From positions 1,990 through 65,989 of the forward strand of contig JANWIW010000030.1 of assembly GCA_025449695.1 (NCBI GenBank): DNA of 64,000 nucleotides, in the 5' to 3' direction. This DNA is from Minisyncoccota bacterium (GTDB lineage: Bacteria; Patescibacteriota; Minisyncoccia; UBA6257; 2-01-FULL-56-20). The translations under genes were made by a program, and so were the position numbers. A model generated the notes under the pieces. That model did not search any database, was not told where the DNA came from, and saw only the letters and a program-made list of their open reading frames with translations. Below are positions 28,844-38,984 of this stretch, piece by piece; position 1 is the stretch's first letter; each line of letters begins with the position of its first letter.

Positions 28844-29929
28844 TCATGCTGCGATGAGCGCGGACGGGTTCGGGGCGGGAAGCTCCTTGCCCGTGATGAT
28901 CGCGATCTCTCCCAGCACCCTCTGGAGGTAGCCGGTTGGCAGAACGGTTTGCGCGGCGGAACCGTCCACGAGAGAGAGGCTTGTCGCGAGCAACAAGTCG
29001 CCTTGGCGCACGCCATTCAGCTTGAACGAACGTCGGCCGCCGACACTCGGGTTCTGCAGGTCAACCACGACTTCATTGAGAGCCGGCGTCGGCCGCGGCG
29101 CGTCGGCCGTGAATCGGTAGCTCGCGATAGCTCTCTCCACGTGGGTGTAGGGCTCGCGGTAACCGTACTGGTCGTGGCCGAACCACTTCTCGACTGCGTC
29201 CGCCACGAACCGCCGGACCTGCCCCTGGTTCGAGATGACGACGCGCAGCATCTCTCCGGTCTCTTTGCTTCGGAACCAGATGAGACCGCCGACCTGGGTG
29301 AAGTCCGAGGCCGAGAAGCTTCGCCTTCCATACTCGTCGTAGTCAGTACGGGTGCTGTAGACGAAATCTTTTTCGACGGGGACCCAGCCGCCGTCCGCCA
29401 CAGGTTCCGCGACGCCTTGCTCGATAGAGAAGGGGTCCTCAACAGAAAAGACGCCATTTATGAGCCGCTCCATCCAGTCCCAGTCCTGGGAGTTGTCCGC
29501 GAGGCACTTGTTGCGGCGAGCGATGAAGCTGGCAACGCCGAGCGGCGTGAAAGAGAAGATCGCCCAGAACAGGCAAAGTTCAATGGCGAAAAAGACGCGC
29601 TCCGGAGCAGGGACCCACGCCCCGCCCTCACGTTCGCCATAGCCGCGATCGCCGTAAACATAACTGCCGTTGTGAGCGAGGAAGTGAGCTTCATCGATAC
29701 CCACGAGATCGCCCCGGACACCGCGATTGGGATCGGCCAAATTGGCACGAGCTGTTTCCGCCGTGGGGTACGAAATCGGATACAGCCTCTCGTACAACAC
29801 GTCGTCGAGGCGGTAGTGAAGGATGCTCGCGCCGAGAATGCAGAGGAAAACGAGCAGGGCGAGCAGGGCGCCGTTTTGGAACATCTCACTGGCAGCCTTG
29901 GGGGAAAGAGGGATTTTGGCTTGTTTCAT
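28844..29929 (-). CDS. Hypothetical membrane protein (two TM segments)
   Basis: 361-aa ORF with AAGGAG SD, upstream promoter and downstream hairpin. Confidence 0.7.
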   Translation of the reverse strand: MKQAKIPLSPKAASEMFQNGALLALLVFLCILGASILHYRLDDVLYERLYPISYPTAETARANLADPNRGVRGDLVGIDEAHFLAHNGSYVYGDRGYGEREGGAWVPAPERVFFAIELCLFWAIFSFTPLGVASFIARRNKCLADNSQDWDWMERLINGVFSVEDPFSIEQGVAEPVADGGWVPVEKDFVYSTRTDYDEYGRRSFSASDFTQVGGLIWFRSKETGEMLRVVISNQGQVRRFVADAVEKWFGHDQYGYREPYTHVERAIASYRFTADAPRPTPALNEVVVDLQNPSVGGRRSFKLNGVRQGDLLLATSLSLVDGSAAQTVLPTGYLQRVLGEIAIITGKELPAPNPSALIAA

Positions 29930-30002
29930 CAGTCACTCCTTTCGATTTTTGCAGCTCAGAAACCACTGGTTGAGGGAAATGGATTGTCGGAGATCTCGTG
30001 CT

Positions 30003-30031
30003 AATTTAACAAGTTTCCATAAAATTGTCAA
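30003..30031 (-). promoter_or_regulatory. Sigma70 promoter
   Basis: TTGACA-N17-TAAATT. Confidence 0.6.
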
Positions 30032-30163
30032 TGGCACGGACATTAAAATCCCCGGCGGCGCAGAGATGTTGGCTTTAGAAAGTCAATCAAGTTTGCAAAT
30101 TATTGAATCGAGGATCCTGATCGGAGTTATAGGACTGAATTTCAGAAAGCATCTCCAATAGCA

Positions 30164-30177
30164 TCCCACCTGCCCAG
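30164..30177. repeat. att-like site 4
   Basis: TCCCACCTGCCCAG(CA), preceded by TCCAATAGCA. Confidence 0.7.
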
Positions 30178-30205
30178 CAAGTGGTTTCCGTGCCATAATT
30201 GAGTA

Positions 30206-30766
30206 ATGAAAAAATTAGCGCCTGCAATAATAACAGTAATCGTAATTGCTGCAGGAGTTTACTACCTCAACTCAACTCCTCACCAGGAATCTGCATCGCA
30301 AGCTCCGCCGGCAAACCAGAGATCTTTCGACGGAAGGAATGCTACCTTCTCGATAAATGACAATGCGATCACGCTTGTCGATGGAGCAGCGGAAAGCCCT
30401 GCCGCTCCCGGTTCCGCGTCGAAAGTCGTCACCCGTTATTTCGGCAATGAGGCGACCGGAGATCTGAATGGCGACGGCTCGCAGGATGTGGCGTTTCTCG
30501 TGACTCAGGACGGCGGAGGCAGCGGGCTCTTCTATTATGCCGTAGTCGCCCTTAAGACAGCGGATGGATACAGAACCACGAACGCCTTCTTCATCGGCGA
30601 CAGGATCTCCCCGCAGTCAACTTACATCCCGATGAATTCCATGGAGCTCCACGTGAACTATGCGGAACGCAAGCCGGGCGAGCCGATGACCGCGCAGCCT
30701 TCTGTCGGAGCGGTCAAGCTGCTTAAGGTCACCTCTCATGGAGTGTTGGAAGGCCTCATGAAATAA
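30206..30766 (+). CDS. Exported/membrane-anchored hypothetical protein
   Basis: N-terminal TM; GDLNGDG..D and GGSG.FYY motifs. Confidence 0.8.
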   Translation: MKKLAPAIITVIVIAAGVYYLNSTPHQESASQAPPANQRSFDGRNATFSINDNAITLVDGAAESPAAPGSASKVVTRYFGNEATGDLNGDGSQDVAFLVTQDGGGSGLFYYAVVALKTADGYRTTNAFFIGDRISPQSTYIPMNSMELHVNYAERKPGEPMTAQPSVGAVKLLKVTSHGVLEGLMK

Positions 30767-30872
30767 GTTCAGGCCCTGGCAACATCCCGGCCACCCCCAA
30801 TGCGCGAACGCGTAAAAGGCCTTATCGCTTTTGGGGCAAAACGGGCTCTTTCCGTTCAAGGCATTCAAATGA

Positions 30873-30909
30873 TTCAAAAGCACATCACTTGTAGTGATGT
30901 GCTTTTGAA
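30873..30909. terminator. Perfect 17-bp hairpin between convergent genes
   Basis: TTCAAAAGCACATCACT-TGT-AGTGATGTGCTTTTGAA. Confidence 0.55.
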
Positions 30910-30988
30910 GGTGGGCAAGTTTGCTTGAGGTATTGCCCGTCTGACCTCTTGATATCAAGGTGATCTCGCCTGTTCCATCGGAACCTCC

Positions 30989-32059
30989 TTACGCCGCATC
31001 TTCGAACGCCGTGTCCTCAAAGCCGGGGAGTAACTCGTCGATGATGTTCGTGCTCAGAAACTGTTGGATGCGGCCCGGATCACGCGGATACATGCTGATC
31101 GCCATGCGGAACTTCGCGTCGGCCATGTCGGGAGTAAGACTCTCGAGGCTCAGCGCTCCCGCGTCCTTCGCGAGCTTGCCGAGCTCGTAGCGGTCGAGGA
31201 TCACACGCCCGTCCTCGAACGGTGAAAGGATCCCGACATGGATCCCGGCCTTGGTCGCAGCCCTGACGGCGTCGATCCAGGAATAGCTCCCGTTCTTGCC
31301 GTCCTTCCACTTCCGGTTCGGGATATTGCCCGCTCCCTTGCACTCGAGGATCACGCCGGCGAGGCGGCGAGCCCTCACGAGATCGAGGAGTATCCACGGC
31401 GGAGTGTCGGCGGAGACGCGGATCGTGCCGAGGTTCGGCTCGAAGACGGTGTCCATGCGAAGACCCTGCACCGCCAGCACGCCGTTGAACTTGCGCGTGC
31501 CTTCGAGAATCATGACGCGCGGCCACGCCTGGGCGACGGGAGGCCGTCCGGGCGTGTAGAACGCGGCGAAGTCGGAATCGCGCCGCTTGCGGATCCGGCT
31601 GCCATGGAGCACGTCGCCGATGCAGACCGAGTAGACGCCCACGATGCCGTTTTGCTTGAAGACGCTCGCTACCCGGAAAGTGTTCGCGATCTGCATGGGA
31701 ACATCGCTGCCCGACTCGTCCTTCGTCATCTGCGCGCCGATTACGAACACCGGCTTCTGCAGCGACAACTTGAAGACCATGCCGAGGACAGCGCAGGTCT
31801 CGGCCAGGCTGTCCGTGCCGTGCAGGATCACGAAAGCGTCGTGACCGTTGTAGGCCGCGCGGATCGCCCTCGCGAAACCGACCCGGTCCCTATGGTTGAT
31901 GTTCGTGGAATCTTGGCGTCTCGGATAATCCTCGAGGGTCAGCCGAAAGTTTTTCGACAGGCTGATCCCGGCGAGAAGCTCTTTGGCACTTTTGGCCGGC
32001 CGGAGAGGCTTCCCGACCATGCCGAGCGTGCCTCCGGTGTTCAACACGTGAATCTTCAC
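30989..32059 (-). CDS. Asparaginase/glutaminase family protein
   Basis: NTGGTLGM, DSTN, HGTDS; GTG start with GGAGG SD. Confidence 0.85.
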   Translation of the reverse strand: MKIHVLNTGGTLGMVGKPLRPAKSAKELLAGISLSKNFRLTLEDYPRRQDSTNINHRDRVGFARAIRAAYNGHDAFVILHGTDSLAETCAVLGMVFKLSLQKPVFVIGAQMTKDESGSDVPMQIANTFRVASVFKQNGIVGVYSVCIGDVLHGSRIRKRRDSDFAAFYTPGRPPVAQAWPRVMILEGTRKFNGVLAVQGLRMDTVFEPNLGTIRVSADTPPWILLDLVRARRLAGVILECKGAGNIPNRKWKDGKNGSYSWIDAVRAATKAGIHVGILSPFEDGRVILDRYELGKLAKDAGALSLESLTPDMADAKFRMAISMYPRDPGRIQQFLSTNIIDELLPGFEDTAFEDAA

Positions 32060-32279
32060 TTGCCACCTCCTGTTCCTGGAATTCCGATTTTCTTTTTCAA
32101 ATGACAGCCCCTGCAGCCGCCATTTGAACCGTCTGGCAGTCCGTAGAAGTGATTTATAAAAACACAATATTGGGTGATTAGTCAATACCAGCACGCATAT
32201 CCCCCAACCGCGAGGTTGGTTCTGTAAGGACAAGTTCAGGAAATATGCCGCCTTCGAGGAGCGGGCGGGGCAATTCCGC

Positions 32280-33140
32280 TCACTGCAGGTCAGTGAACAC
32301 CACGAGCCTTTGGCTGTAGCTCTTCCGGACAGCATCCCAGACGCCTTCGCAGGTAATGAGGTTCAAGTGAGCGCCGTCGTCTTTGGCTATAAAAACATCG
32401 GCCGCCGCCGCCGCCGGATCGTAATAGCGGCTCTCGCGGACCACGAACCGGATGGCTTCCCCCTTGTCGTTCCGGACATATATCTCGTCTCCCGGCTGCA
32501 GTTCGCTGAGGCCGCTGAACACGCCCGGCTTCGTGATTATTCCTCCTCGTACCTGCGCCACATGCCCCATCACGATCGCGGTGCCCTTTTCCCCGGGCAG
32601 CGCGCTGCCCGTGAACCATCCCACATCAACGAGATTGTCAGGTATTTCGATGGTTCCGCCGGATTTTAGGCCGTTATACTGGAATCCTGCACTGACGTTC
32701 AGTTTCGGGATCTCGAAACGGGCCAGGGAACGGACCACACTATCTGCGACCGCCACGCTCGTCGTTCCGGCCGTGGTCTGCACCGGAACCGGTATGATCG
32801 GTGCCTGAGAGACAGGTGCGCTGATCTCCGCCCTCGAGACAGGGCCGAAGTAGCCGGTCGCGGGAGAAATGCCCGATCGTGCCTGCCATGCGGAAAGCGC
32901 GCTCTTGGTGAGCGGGCCGAAGTAGCCGGTCGGGACGGGGATCTTCAGAAAACCCCCGGCGATCAAAGATCGCTGCAACACGGATACGTCATCCCCGCTG
33001 ATTCCAATGGAAAGGTTGCGCGCGAATATGGGACCTGCCGTCAGGGGCAAGGGCAGGGCCCCTCCGGCTGCGCTTCTCCCCGGCATGGAAACGAAGAGCA
33101 ATAGCGCGCCGAGCCATAATAGTGCATTAGATATTTTCAT
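32280..33140 (-). CDS. Peptidoglycan-binding domain plus class F sortase
   Basis: DV..LQ, TGYFGP.T repeats; PGEKG.A...GH, LNLITC, R. Confidence 0.85.
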   Translation of the reverse strand: MKISNALLWLGALLLFVSMPGRSAAGGALPLPLTAGPIFARNLSIGISGDDVSVLQRSLIAGGFLKIPVPTGYFGPLTKSALSAWQARSGISPATGYFGPVSRAEISAPVSQAPIIPVPVQTTAGTTSVAVADSVVRSLARFEIPKLNVSAGFQYNGLKSGGTIEIPDNLVDVGWFTGSALPGEKGTAIVMGHVAQVRGGIITKPGVFSGLSELQPGDEIYVRNDKGEAIRFVVRESRYYDPAAAAADVFIAKDDGAHLNLITCEGVWDAVRKSYSQRLVVFTDLQ

Positions 33141-33278
33141 CGCAGGATTATTATGCCATAGAGTTCTCCTGTCGGCGGCGCGGCGAATATGGCGGCGATC
33201 GCTGCTTTCATGCCATCTTATGACGCCCGGTACCGAAGTTCATTACAGACATAGGCTCTTATGCCATAATCAAAGCAT

Positions 33279-33836
33279 ATGGAGATTGACCTGGGATTAT
33301 TGCACTTCCTGCCTGCCATCGGGCACTCCGAACTCCTCGGGCCATCTGTGGCAAAGATGCTCTCCGGATTGCCAATGGCCGATAAGATCGGCGTCGCGGA
33401 GATCGATCCGGACCTGTCCGATACCGCCGCGTTCTGTGAAAAATATGGCATCGGGATGGACCAGGCCGCCAATTGCGTGGTGCTTGAGGCCAAACGCGCG
33501 GAAAAGAGCTGGCTCGCGGCATGCGTCGTCCTCGGCAGCACGCGCGCCGACGTGAATGGGCTGGCCCGCCGGACGCTGGATGCGCGCAGGGTTTCTTTCG
33601 CGCCCATAGAGCAGGCGGTTGCCCAGACTGGCATGGAGTACGGGGGGATCACTCCCCTCGGTCTCCCCGGCGATTGGACCATCCTTATAGATAAGGGCGT
33701 AGCGGAATCGGAATACGTGATCATCGGTAGCGGCCTCAGGAAGTCCAAGCTTGTGATCCCCGGCAGCGCGCTGGCCTCGTTGCCGAAGGCTCAGGTACTT
33801 GAGGGGTTGGGACAGATGAAGGAACCATCAACCTGA
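33279..33836 (+). CDS. YbaK/EbsC family aminoacyl-tRNA deacylase-like protein
   Basis: ANCVV, TGMEYGGITPLGLP, GSG.R.SK. Confidence 0.85.
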   Translation: MEIDLGLLHFLPAIGHSELLGPSVAKMLSGLPMADKIGVAEIDPDLSDTAAFCEKYGIGMDQAANCVVLEAKRAEKSWLAACVVLGSTRADVNGLARRTLDARRVSFAPIEQAVAQTGMEYGGITPLGLPGDWTILIDKGVAESEYVIIGSGLRKSKLVIPGSALASLPKAQVLEGLGQMKEPST

Positions 33837-33838
33837 CC

Positions 33839-34444
33839 ATGCCCTTCAAGCCCCCGTACGCCAGCAAGGAAAATTTTTTGGCGCAGCTGGAGCAGGCCGG
33901 TCTTTTGGCGCCCCGGATGCAAACGGCTCTGGAGTACGCAAGACGGGCCCATAAGGACCAGAAACGAGACCAGGGCAACCCTTATCTCGAGGAACACATC
34001 TATCCGATCGGCTCCGGCATCCTCAAAAGGCATGCAGCCGACCCAGAACTGGAGAATATGGTCATATTAGGCGTGTTGCATGATGTGGTCGAAGACGATC
34101 CCAATGTCTTGCTTCCGGATATTGAAAGAGATTTCGGAAGGGTTATGCTCGACAAACTGCTTCTTGTCACTAAGAAACCTAATGAGAATACCGACTTGCT
34201 TTCCGAGGAAGAAAAAAGGGTGGTGAACGCGAGAATGCTGCAGAACCTGGAACATGCCTCTCGCCTCGCGCAAATCGTCAAGCTCGAGGACCGGCTAAAC
34301 AACCTCGCAAGCATCGAGAGAGCGGACACGCCGAAGTACCTGCGCTACGTGGAGGAAACCCGAACCATGTTTATCCCTTTCGCCGAGCGTGTGGCCGCAT
34401 CCTATGTAGGTCTCTACTTGGAGCAGTTAGCGCGTCTTGCTTAA
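33839..34444 (+). CDS. HD-domain protein, Mesh1/small alarmone hydrolase-like
   Basis: AH..QKR..G.PY, LHDVVED, KLEDRLNN. Confidence 0.8.
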   Translation: MPFKPPYASKENFLAQLEQAGLLAPRMQTALEYARRAHKDQKRDQGNPYLEEHIYPIGSGILKRHAADPELENMVILGVLHDVVEDDPNVLLPDIERDFGRVMLDKLLLVTKKPNENTDLLSEEEKRVVNARMLQNLEHASRLAQIVKLEDRLNNLASIERADTPKYLRYVEETRTMFIPFAERVAASYVGLYLEQLARLA

Positions 34445-34462
34445 CGCTGTCTGATCATCCTT

Positions 34463-35725
34463 TTAGCGCTCCGGCCCGGCCTTCGCCGCGCTCGTCCCCG
34501 CCACGAAGCCGGTCGTCCAGCACAGCTGCAACCCGTACCCCCCGGACGGGCGGTCTATGTTCAGGACGTCCCCGGCAAAATAGAGGTTTTCCATTTTGCG
34601 GGAGCGCATGGTCCTGAAGTCCACCTCGGGCAGTACGACCCCTCCGGAGGTGACTACCGCCTTATCCACGCCAAGCAGGCCTTTGACCCGCATCGGCAAG
34701 TCTTTGAGGAGCGCCGCCAGCTGGCGGCGCTGCTCGCGGGTGACGCTATGGCCGGAAGTGGTGCCGGGAATGCCGGAAAGCTCCACGAGGACGGGACCGA
34801 GCGCGGACGGCATAAGCCCGGTCAATATGTTCTTGAATTGCTTGTTGCTTTTCTCTCCCAGGGCTCCTTGCAGCTTCTTGTCGAGGACCCCAGGGTCAAG
34901 CGAAGAGAAAAGGTCCAACGAGATCGTCACACTCCCATATTTCAAGAGCTCGCCGATATCCCGGCTCGCGTTCAAGACCATCGGCCCGCTGATGCCGAAG
35001 TGGGTAAAGAGCATCTTCCCCTTTCTCACATCCTGCTTCACGCCGTTCTGAAGGACGGTGAGCTTGACGTCAGGAAGGCTCACTCCCTGAAGGCGCTTGA
35101 CCCAAGCATCCTGGATCGCGACCGGCACCAGCGCCGCCCCCTGGTCCACGACCGTATGGCCGATCGCCGTAAGCCAGGCGAAACCCTCGCCGGTCGATCC
35201 GGTCTCCGGCCGTGACTTGCCGCCAGTCGCGAGGATAAAGGAATGCCCCCGGACCTCCCTGCCGCCTTTCAGGCGGACAGCCGCTATGGCGCTCCCCTTC
35301 TTCGTAAAGCCGCTGGCCGGCGCATTGCGGGAAACGACCACCCCGCCATCCCGCATGTACCCCACCAGGGCTTCCCAGACCGAGACCGCTTTATCGCTTT
35401 TCGGAAACACCCGCTTCTCCGCCTCCACTTTGGTCGGCATCTTCCTCGCATGGAAAAAATCCAGGGCCTCCTTGACCCCGTACTGGGCGAACGCGGAAAA
35501 GAGAAAACGGTCGTTCTTCCTGAACTTCGCGAGGAACGCCCTGGTATCGAACTCCGCGTTGGTCACGTTGCAACGCCCCCCGCCGGTGATGAGAAGCTTC
35601 TTCCCAAGCTGGGGGTTCTTTTCTATCAAAATGACTCTAGCTCCAAGTTCTGCGGCCCTCCCGGCAGCCATCATACCCGCGGGTCCGCCGCCGATCACGA
35701 CAACATCCCAAAGCTTATCCGCCAT
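34463..35725 (-). CDS. HI0933/BaiN family flavoprotein
   Basis: GGGPAG, ITGGGRCNVTN, FTHFGISGP, VTSGGV, GGYGLQ. Confidence 0.92.
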   Translation of the reverse strand: MADKLWDVVVIGGGPAGMMAAGRAAELGARVILIEKNPQLGKKLLITGGGRCNVTNAEFDTRAFLAKFRKNDRFLFSAFAQYGVKEALDFFHARKMPTKVEAEKRVFPKSDKAVSVWEALVGYMRDGGVVVSRNAPASGFTKKGSAIAAVRLKGGREVRGHSFILATGGKSRPETGSTGEGFAWLTAIGHTVVDQGAALVPVAIQDAWVKRLQGVSLPDVKLTVLQNGVKQDVRKGKMLFTHFGISGPMVLNASRDIGELLKYGSVTISLDLFSSLDPGVLDKKLQGALGEKSNKQFKNILTGLMPSALGPVLVELSGIPGTTSGHSVTREQRRQLAALLKDLPMRVKGLLGVDKAVVTSGGVVLPEVDFRTMRSRKMENLYFAGDVLNIDRPSGGYGLQLCWTTGFVAGTSAAKAGPER

Positions 35726-35776
35726 AGGGGCCATCATAGCACCTCGCCTTCTTTATGGCAGTGCTACAATAGAGGC

Positions 35777-35962
35777 ATGACCATATTCAAAACGGCATCT
35801 TATACGTGGTGGCAGATCGGCCTCTTTAAATTATCCCTGCTCTGTATCGGCATCGCGATCGGGGCCTATTGGCCGGCGGTGTTCCTTCCGTACCTGGGCA
35901 TCCTCCTTATAACCGGCATAGTGCTCGGCATCTATATCGGCGCTGTCTGGCTCAGGCAGTAA
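35777..35962 (+). CDS. Small two-TM membrane protein
   Basis: MTIFKTASYTWWQIGLFK...; TACAAT 6 nt upstream. Confidence 0.7.
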   Translation: MTIFKTASYTWWQIGLFKLSLLCIGIAIGAYWPAVFLPYLGILLITGIVLGIYIGAVWLRQ

Positions 35963-36037
35963 TCCCCGAACCCGCAGGACAATCCGCAGTCCTCTCGTTC
36001 ATTCAAATAACACTCCTTTATTTTGTATAATACGGTT

Positions 36038-36490
36038 ATGCAAAAGATATACCAATCGATATTCATCAACGCTCCCCGCGAGAAGGTATGGGATACCATG
36101 CTCTCCGATAGCACCTATCGCGAATGGACGACGGCTTTCAATCCCGGATCGTATTATAAGGGAGACTGGAGCGAGGGATCGAAAATACTCTTTCTCGGGC
36201 CGAATCCGGGCGGACCGGGCGAGGGCGGCATGGTGAGCCGCATCAAGGAGAACAGGCCTCACGAGTACATATCCATCGAGCACCTCGGCATCTTTAAGGA
36301 CGGTGTTGAAGACACAGCGAGCGAGGAAGCGAAGAAATGGGCGCCGGCCTACGAGAATTATACGTTCATCGAGAAGGACGGAGGTACCGAACTCCTGATC
36401 GAAATGGATATCGAGCCTGATCAGAAAACGACGTTCGAGGACATGTGGACAAAAGCGCTGCAGCGCCTCAAGGAACTGGCCGAAAAATAG
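36038..36490 (+). CDS. SRPBCC domain protein
   Basis: INAPREKVW, GDW.EGS, W..AL..LK. Confidence 0.85.
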   Translation: MQKIYQSIFINAPREKVWDTMLSDSTYREWTTAFNPGSYYKGDWSEGSKILFLGPNPGGPGEGGMVSRIKENRPHEYISIEHLGIFKDGVEDTASEEAKKWAPAYENYTFIEKDGGTELLIEMDIEPDQKTTFEDMWTKALQRLKELAEK

Positions 36491-36549
36491 GACGGGTCAT
36501 CGTTTTACCCCCGGTCTTATCTGCTATACTGCAGATATAGCTTTCACGC

Positions 36550-37083
36550 ATGGATATTTCCCCGCAGAAAAACACGGCGCCGACTGAGGAAAGCAGGCAT
36601 ATCATCCGCAGCCTTAAGGCAAAAGCGGACAAGAACAGGTCACCGGGAGAAGTGATCGCCGATGATCTGACCCATGCGTTCGGCAGCGTGGGATTTTTAT
36701 CTCTGAACGCCGTCGTGTTCATCGCCTGGATCGCCATCAACACCGGCCTTGTTCCCGGGATCGCTGCCTTCGATCCCTTTCCTTTCAGCCTGCTTACGAC
36801 CATCGTATCCCTCGAAGCGATCATCCTTGCCATCATCGTGCTCTTGTCTCAGAATCGCGCCATAGAAACCGACGACCTGCGGGAGGAAATCGATCTTCAA
36901 GTGAATCTGATCACCGAGCGGGAACTGACCAAGCTCATGACTATACTCGTTCCATTGCTCGAGAAGAACGGCATCGACGTTTCAGAAGACGCGACGCTCC
37001 AGGAAATGCTGAAGCCGACCGATACCGGCAGAATCCAGAGGGTTCTCGAGAAACAGATCGCCCGCAAGAACGGCTTTCTGTAG
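36550..37083 (+). CDS. DUF1003 membrane protein
   Basis: FDPFPF.LL...VSLEAI.....VL.SQNR. Confidence 0.9.
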   Translation: MDISPQKNTAPTEESRHIIRSLKAKADKNRSPGEVIADDLTHAFGSVGFLSLNAVVFIAWIAINTGLVPGIAAFDPFPFSLLTTIVSLEAIILAIIVLLSQNRAIETDDLREEIDLQVNLITERELTKLMTILVPLLEKNGIDVSEDATLQEMLKPTDTGRIQRVLEKQIARKNGFL

Positions 37084-37659
37084 ATGTTTATCGCCCTGAC
37101 CGGCACCATTGGATCGGGAAAGGACACAGTCGCGAAATATTTGGTTGAACACCACGGTTTCCACTTCGCTTCCGGGAGCGATCTCATCGCCGGGGAGGTC
37201 AGGAAGAGAGGCCTTGCCGCGAGCCGCGAGAACATGAGAAGTGTCGCAAATGAGCTTCGAAAGCGGGATGGCACGCGCCTGCTGGACATGATGATCAACG
37301 AAGCCGCCGGCAAGAGGGACGTAGTGATAGGATTCCTGAGGACGGAAAACGCGATACGGAGGCTAAGGGAGGTTGAGCCCGCAGCCATTCTTGCCGGCGT
37401 GGACGCGCCGATAGATACGCGTTACAAGCGTGCCGCCGCGCGGAACGAAGAGAAGGACCGGATGACGCTCGATGAATTCGTCGCCGCAGAGGCTTTGGAA
37501 ATGTCGTCCGAGGATCCTGACACCCAGAACATCGGCTACTGCATGAGCCATGCCGATATCATTGTAATGAACGACTCCTCCTTGGAGGACCTTCACAATA
37601 AGATCGAGGAAATGCTGGTCAAGATAACGCGGACTTCCCAGGAAAGAATGTTAGAATAA
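37084..37659 (+). CDS. P-loop nucleotide kinase-like protein
   Basis: GTIGSGKDT, VDAPIDTRY.R. Confidence 0.8.
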   Translation: MFIALTGTIGSGKDTVAKYLVEHHGFHFASGSDLIAGEVRKRGLAASRENMRSVANELRKRDGTRLLDMMINEAAGKRDVVIGFLRTENAIRRLREVEPAAILAGVDAPIDTRYKRAAARNEEKDRMTLDEFVAAEALEMSSEDPDTQNIGYCMSHADIIVMNDSSLEDLHNKIEEMLVKITRTSQERMLE

Positions 37660-37663
37660 ACGC

Positions 37664-38389
37664 ATGAACGCGACCCGCGATCCCATTCTCCACGTCGACG
37701 AGCCGCACGTGATGGGCGCCGGCCGGAAGCTCAACTGGCTCCGGGCCGCGGTGCTTGGCGCGAACGACGGCATCGTTTCCACCGCTTCGCTCGTCGTCGG
37801 CGTCGCGGGAGCTTCGAATTCGTCCGGCTTTATCCTGACCGCAGGCGTGGCCGGTCTTTTGGCAGGCGCGCTTTCCATGGGCGTCGGGGAATATGTCTCG
37901 GTTAGCACCCAGCGCGATACCGAAAAAGCGCTTATTGAGAAGGAACGCCGGGAACTCATTGAAGAACCCGAGCTCGAACTCCAGGAGCTCGCCCAGATCT
38001 ACGCGAGGAAGGGCCTCTCCGGGGCGACGGCACAGAAAGTGGCGGAGGAACTCACCGCCCACGATGCCTTCGCCGCGCACCTGGACGCGGAGTTAGGCAT
38101 CGACCCGGACGACCTCACGAACCCGTGGCAGGCAGCTTATGCATCCGCCTTGGCCTTCTCCTGCGGAGCCATGATCCCCATCCTCATGATCACCCTTCCC
38201 CCCGAATCGATACGCATTCCGGTGACCTTCCTGGGAGTCCTCATTGCGCTTGCCGTGACGGGCACCCTGAGCGCCCACGCCGGCGGGGCGAGCAAGAGGA
38301 AGGCCGCACTGCGTATCATGGCCGGCGGCATGCTGGCTATGGCAGCGACTTTCGGCATCGGCAAGCTGTTCGGAGTGGCGGGAATATAA
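37664..38389 (+). CDS. VIT1/CCC1 family Fe/Mn transporter
   Basis: LRAAVLGANDGIVS, SMGVGEYVSV. Confidence 0.93.
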   Translation: MNATRDPILHVDEPHVMGAGRKLNWLRAAVLGANDGIVSTASLVVGVAGASNSSGFILTAGVAGLLAGALSMGVGEYVSVSTQRDTEKALIEKERRELIEEPELELQELAQIYARKGLSGATAQKVAEELTAHDAFAAHLDAELGIDPDDLTNPWQAAYASALAFSCGAMIPILMITLPPESIRIPVTFLGVLIALAVTGTLSAHAGGASKRKAALRIMAGGMLAMAATFGIGKLFGVAGI

Positions 38390-38475
38390 CATCCCTGATA
38401 GGAAAGAAACCCTGTCCTGCCATGATTCGAAAAAGAACCGCTTTGTTGGAATATAATTAAGATGAGCCAAACTCC

Positions 38476-38970
38476 ATGATCGCCTATATCCTTTCCGATT
38501 TCTCCCGCGTCATCCTCATGCCGAAGGATAGGAGCTATGCGGGCGAACTGAACGATCTTTACCGGACCAAGGTGCTGCAGGATGGCATGGGCTATTTCGA
38601 CGTCTTCGACCTGAACGAAGAGCTCCTGGCCTTCCTTGGATCCCTCGGAGAAAATTATCCCCTCGGCATCTTCACGAGCGAAATCGTCCAGAACGACCCG
38701 GCAGTGCGCCCTCGGCTCGAGCAGGCGTTCCGCGACGTAGTGAGCGCCCAGGACCTCGGCATCAGAAAAACGGAGAAGGAGGCTTATCTGACGGTGGCCA
38801 AGAGCCTTCAGCAGGAACCGGCGGCGGTCCTTTATATAGATGATAAAGAAGAGAACGTAGCTGCCGCCCGCGATGCCGGCCTGCATGCGATCCGCTATGT
38901 TTCAAACTCCCAGATCATGGCCGATATCCGTGCGGCATTGGCCGGTAAAAATGAGAAGGAGGCCCGCTGA
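38476..38970 (+). CDS. HAD-like hydrolase
   Basis: ILSDF, K, YIDDKEENV.AA..AG. Confidence 0.75.
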   Translation: MIAYILSDFSRVILMPKDRSYAGELNDLYRTKVLQDGMGYFDVFDLNEELLAFLGSLGENYPLGIFTSEIVQNDPAVRPRLEQAFRDVVSAQDLGIRKTEKEAYLTVAKSLQQEPAAVLYIDDKEENVAAARDAGLHAIRYVSNSQIMADIRAALAGKNEKEAR

Positions 38971-38984
38971 GGAGCCTCCAACTT

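Larger units (their letters stand above)
24034..30177. mobile_element. tRNA-Gln-anchored accreted island segmented by att-like repeats (no integrase in window)
   Basis: Visibly AT-richer genes at 24185-28674; four TCCCACCTGCYCRG sites; shared repeat blocks. Confidence 0.6.

Noticed and set aside
26174-30177. CRISPR array interpretation of the recurring repeats
   Set aside because: Spacing is 0.8-1.8 kb with whole genes in between, and there is no cas operon. The Cas4-like nuclease at 53754 is distant and stands alone.
24034-30177. Classical integron
   Set aside because: No intI gene. I found no clear RYYYAAC...GTTRRRY attC boxes, and cargo genes lie on both strands.
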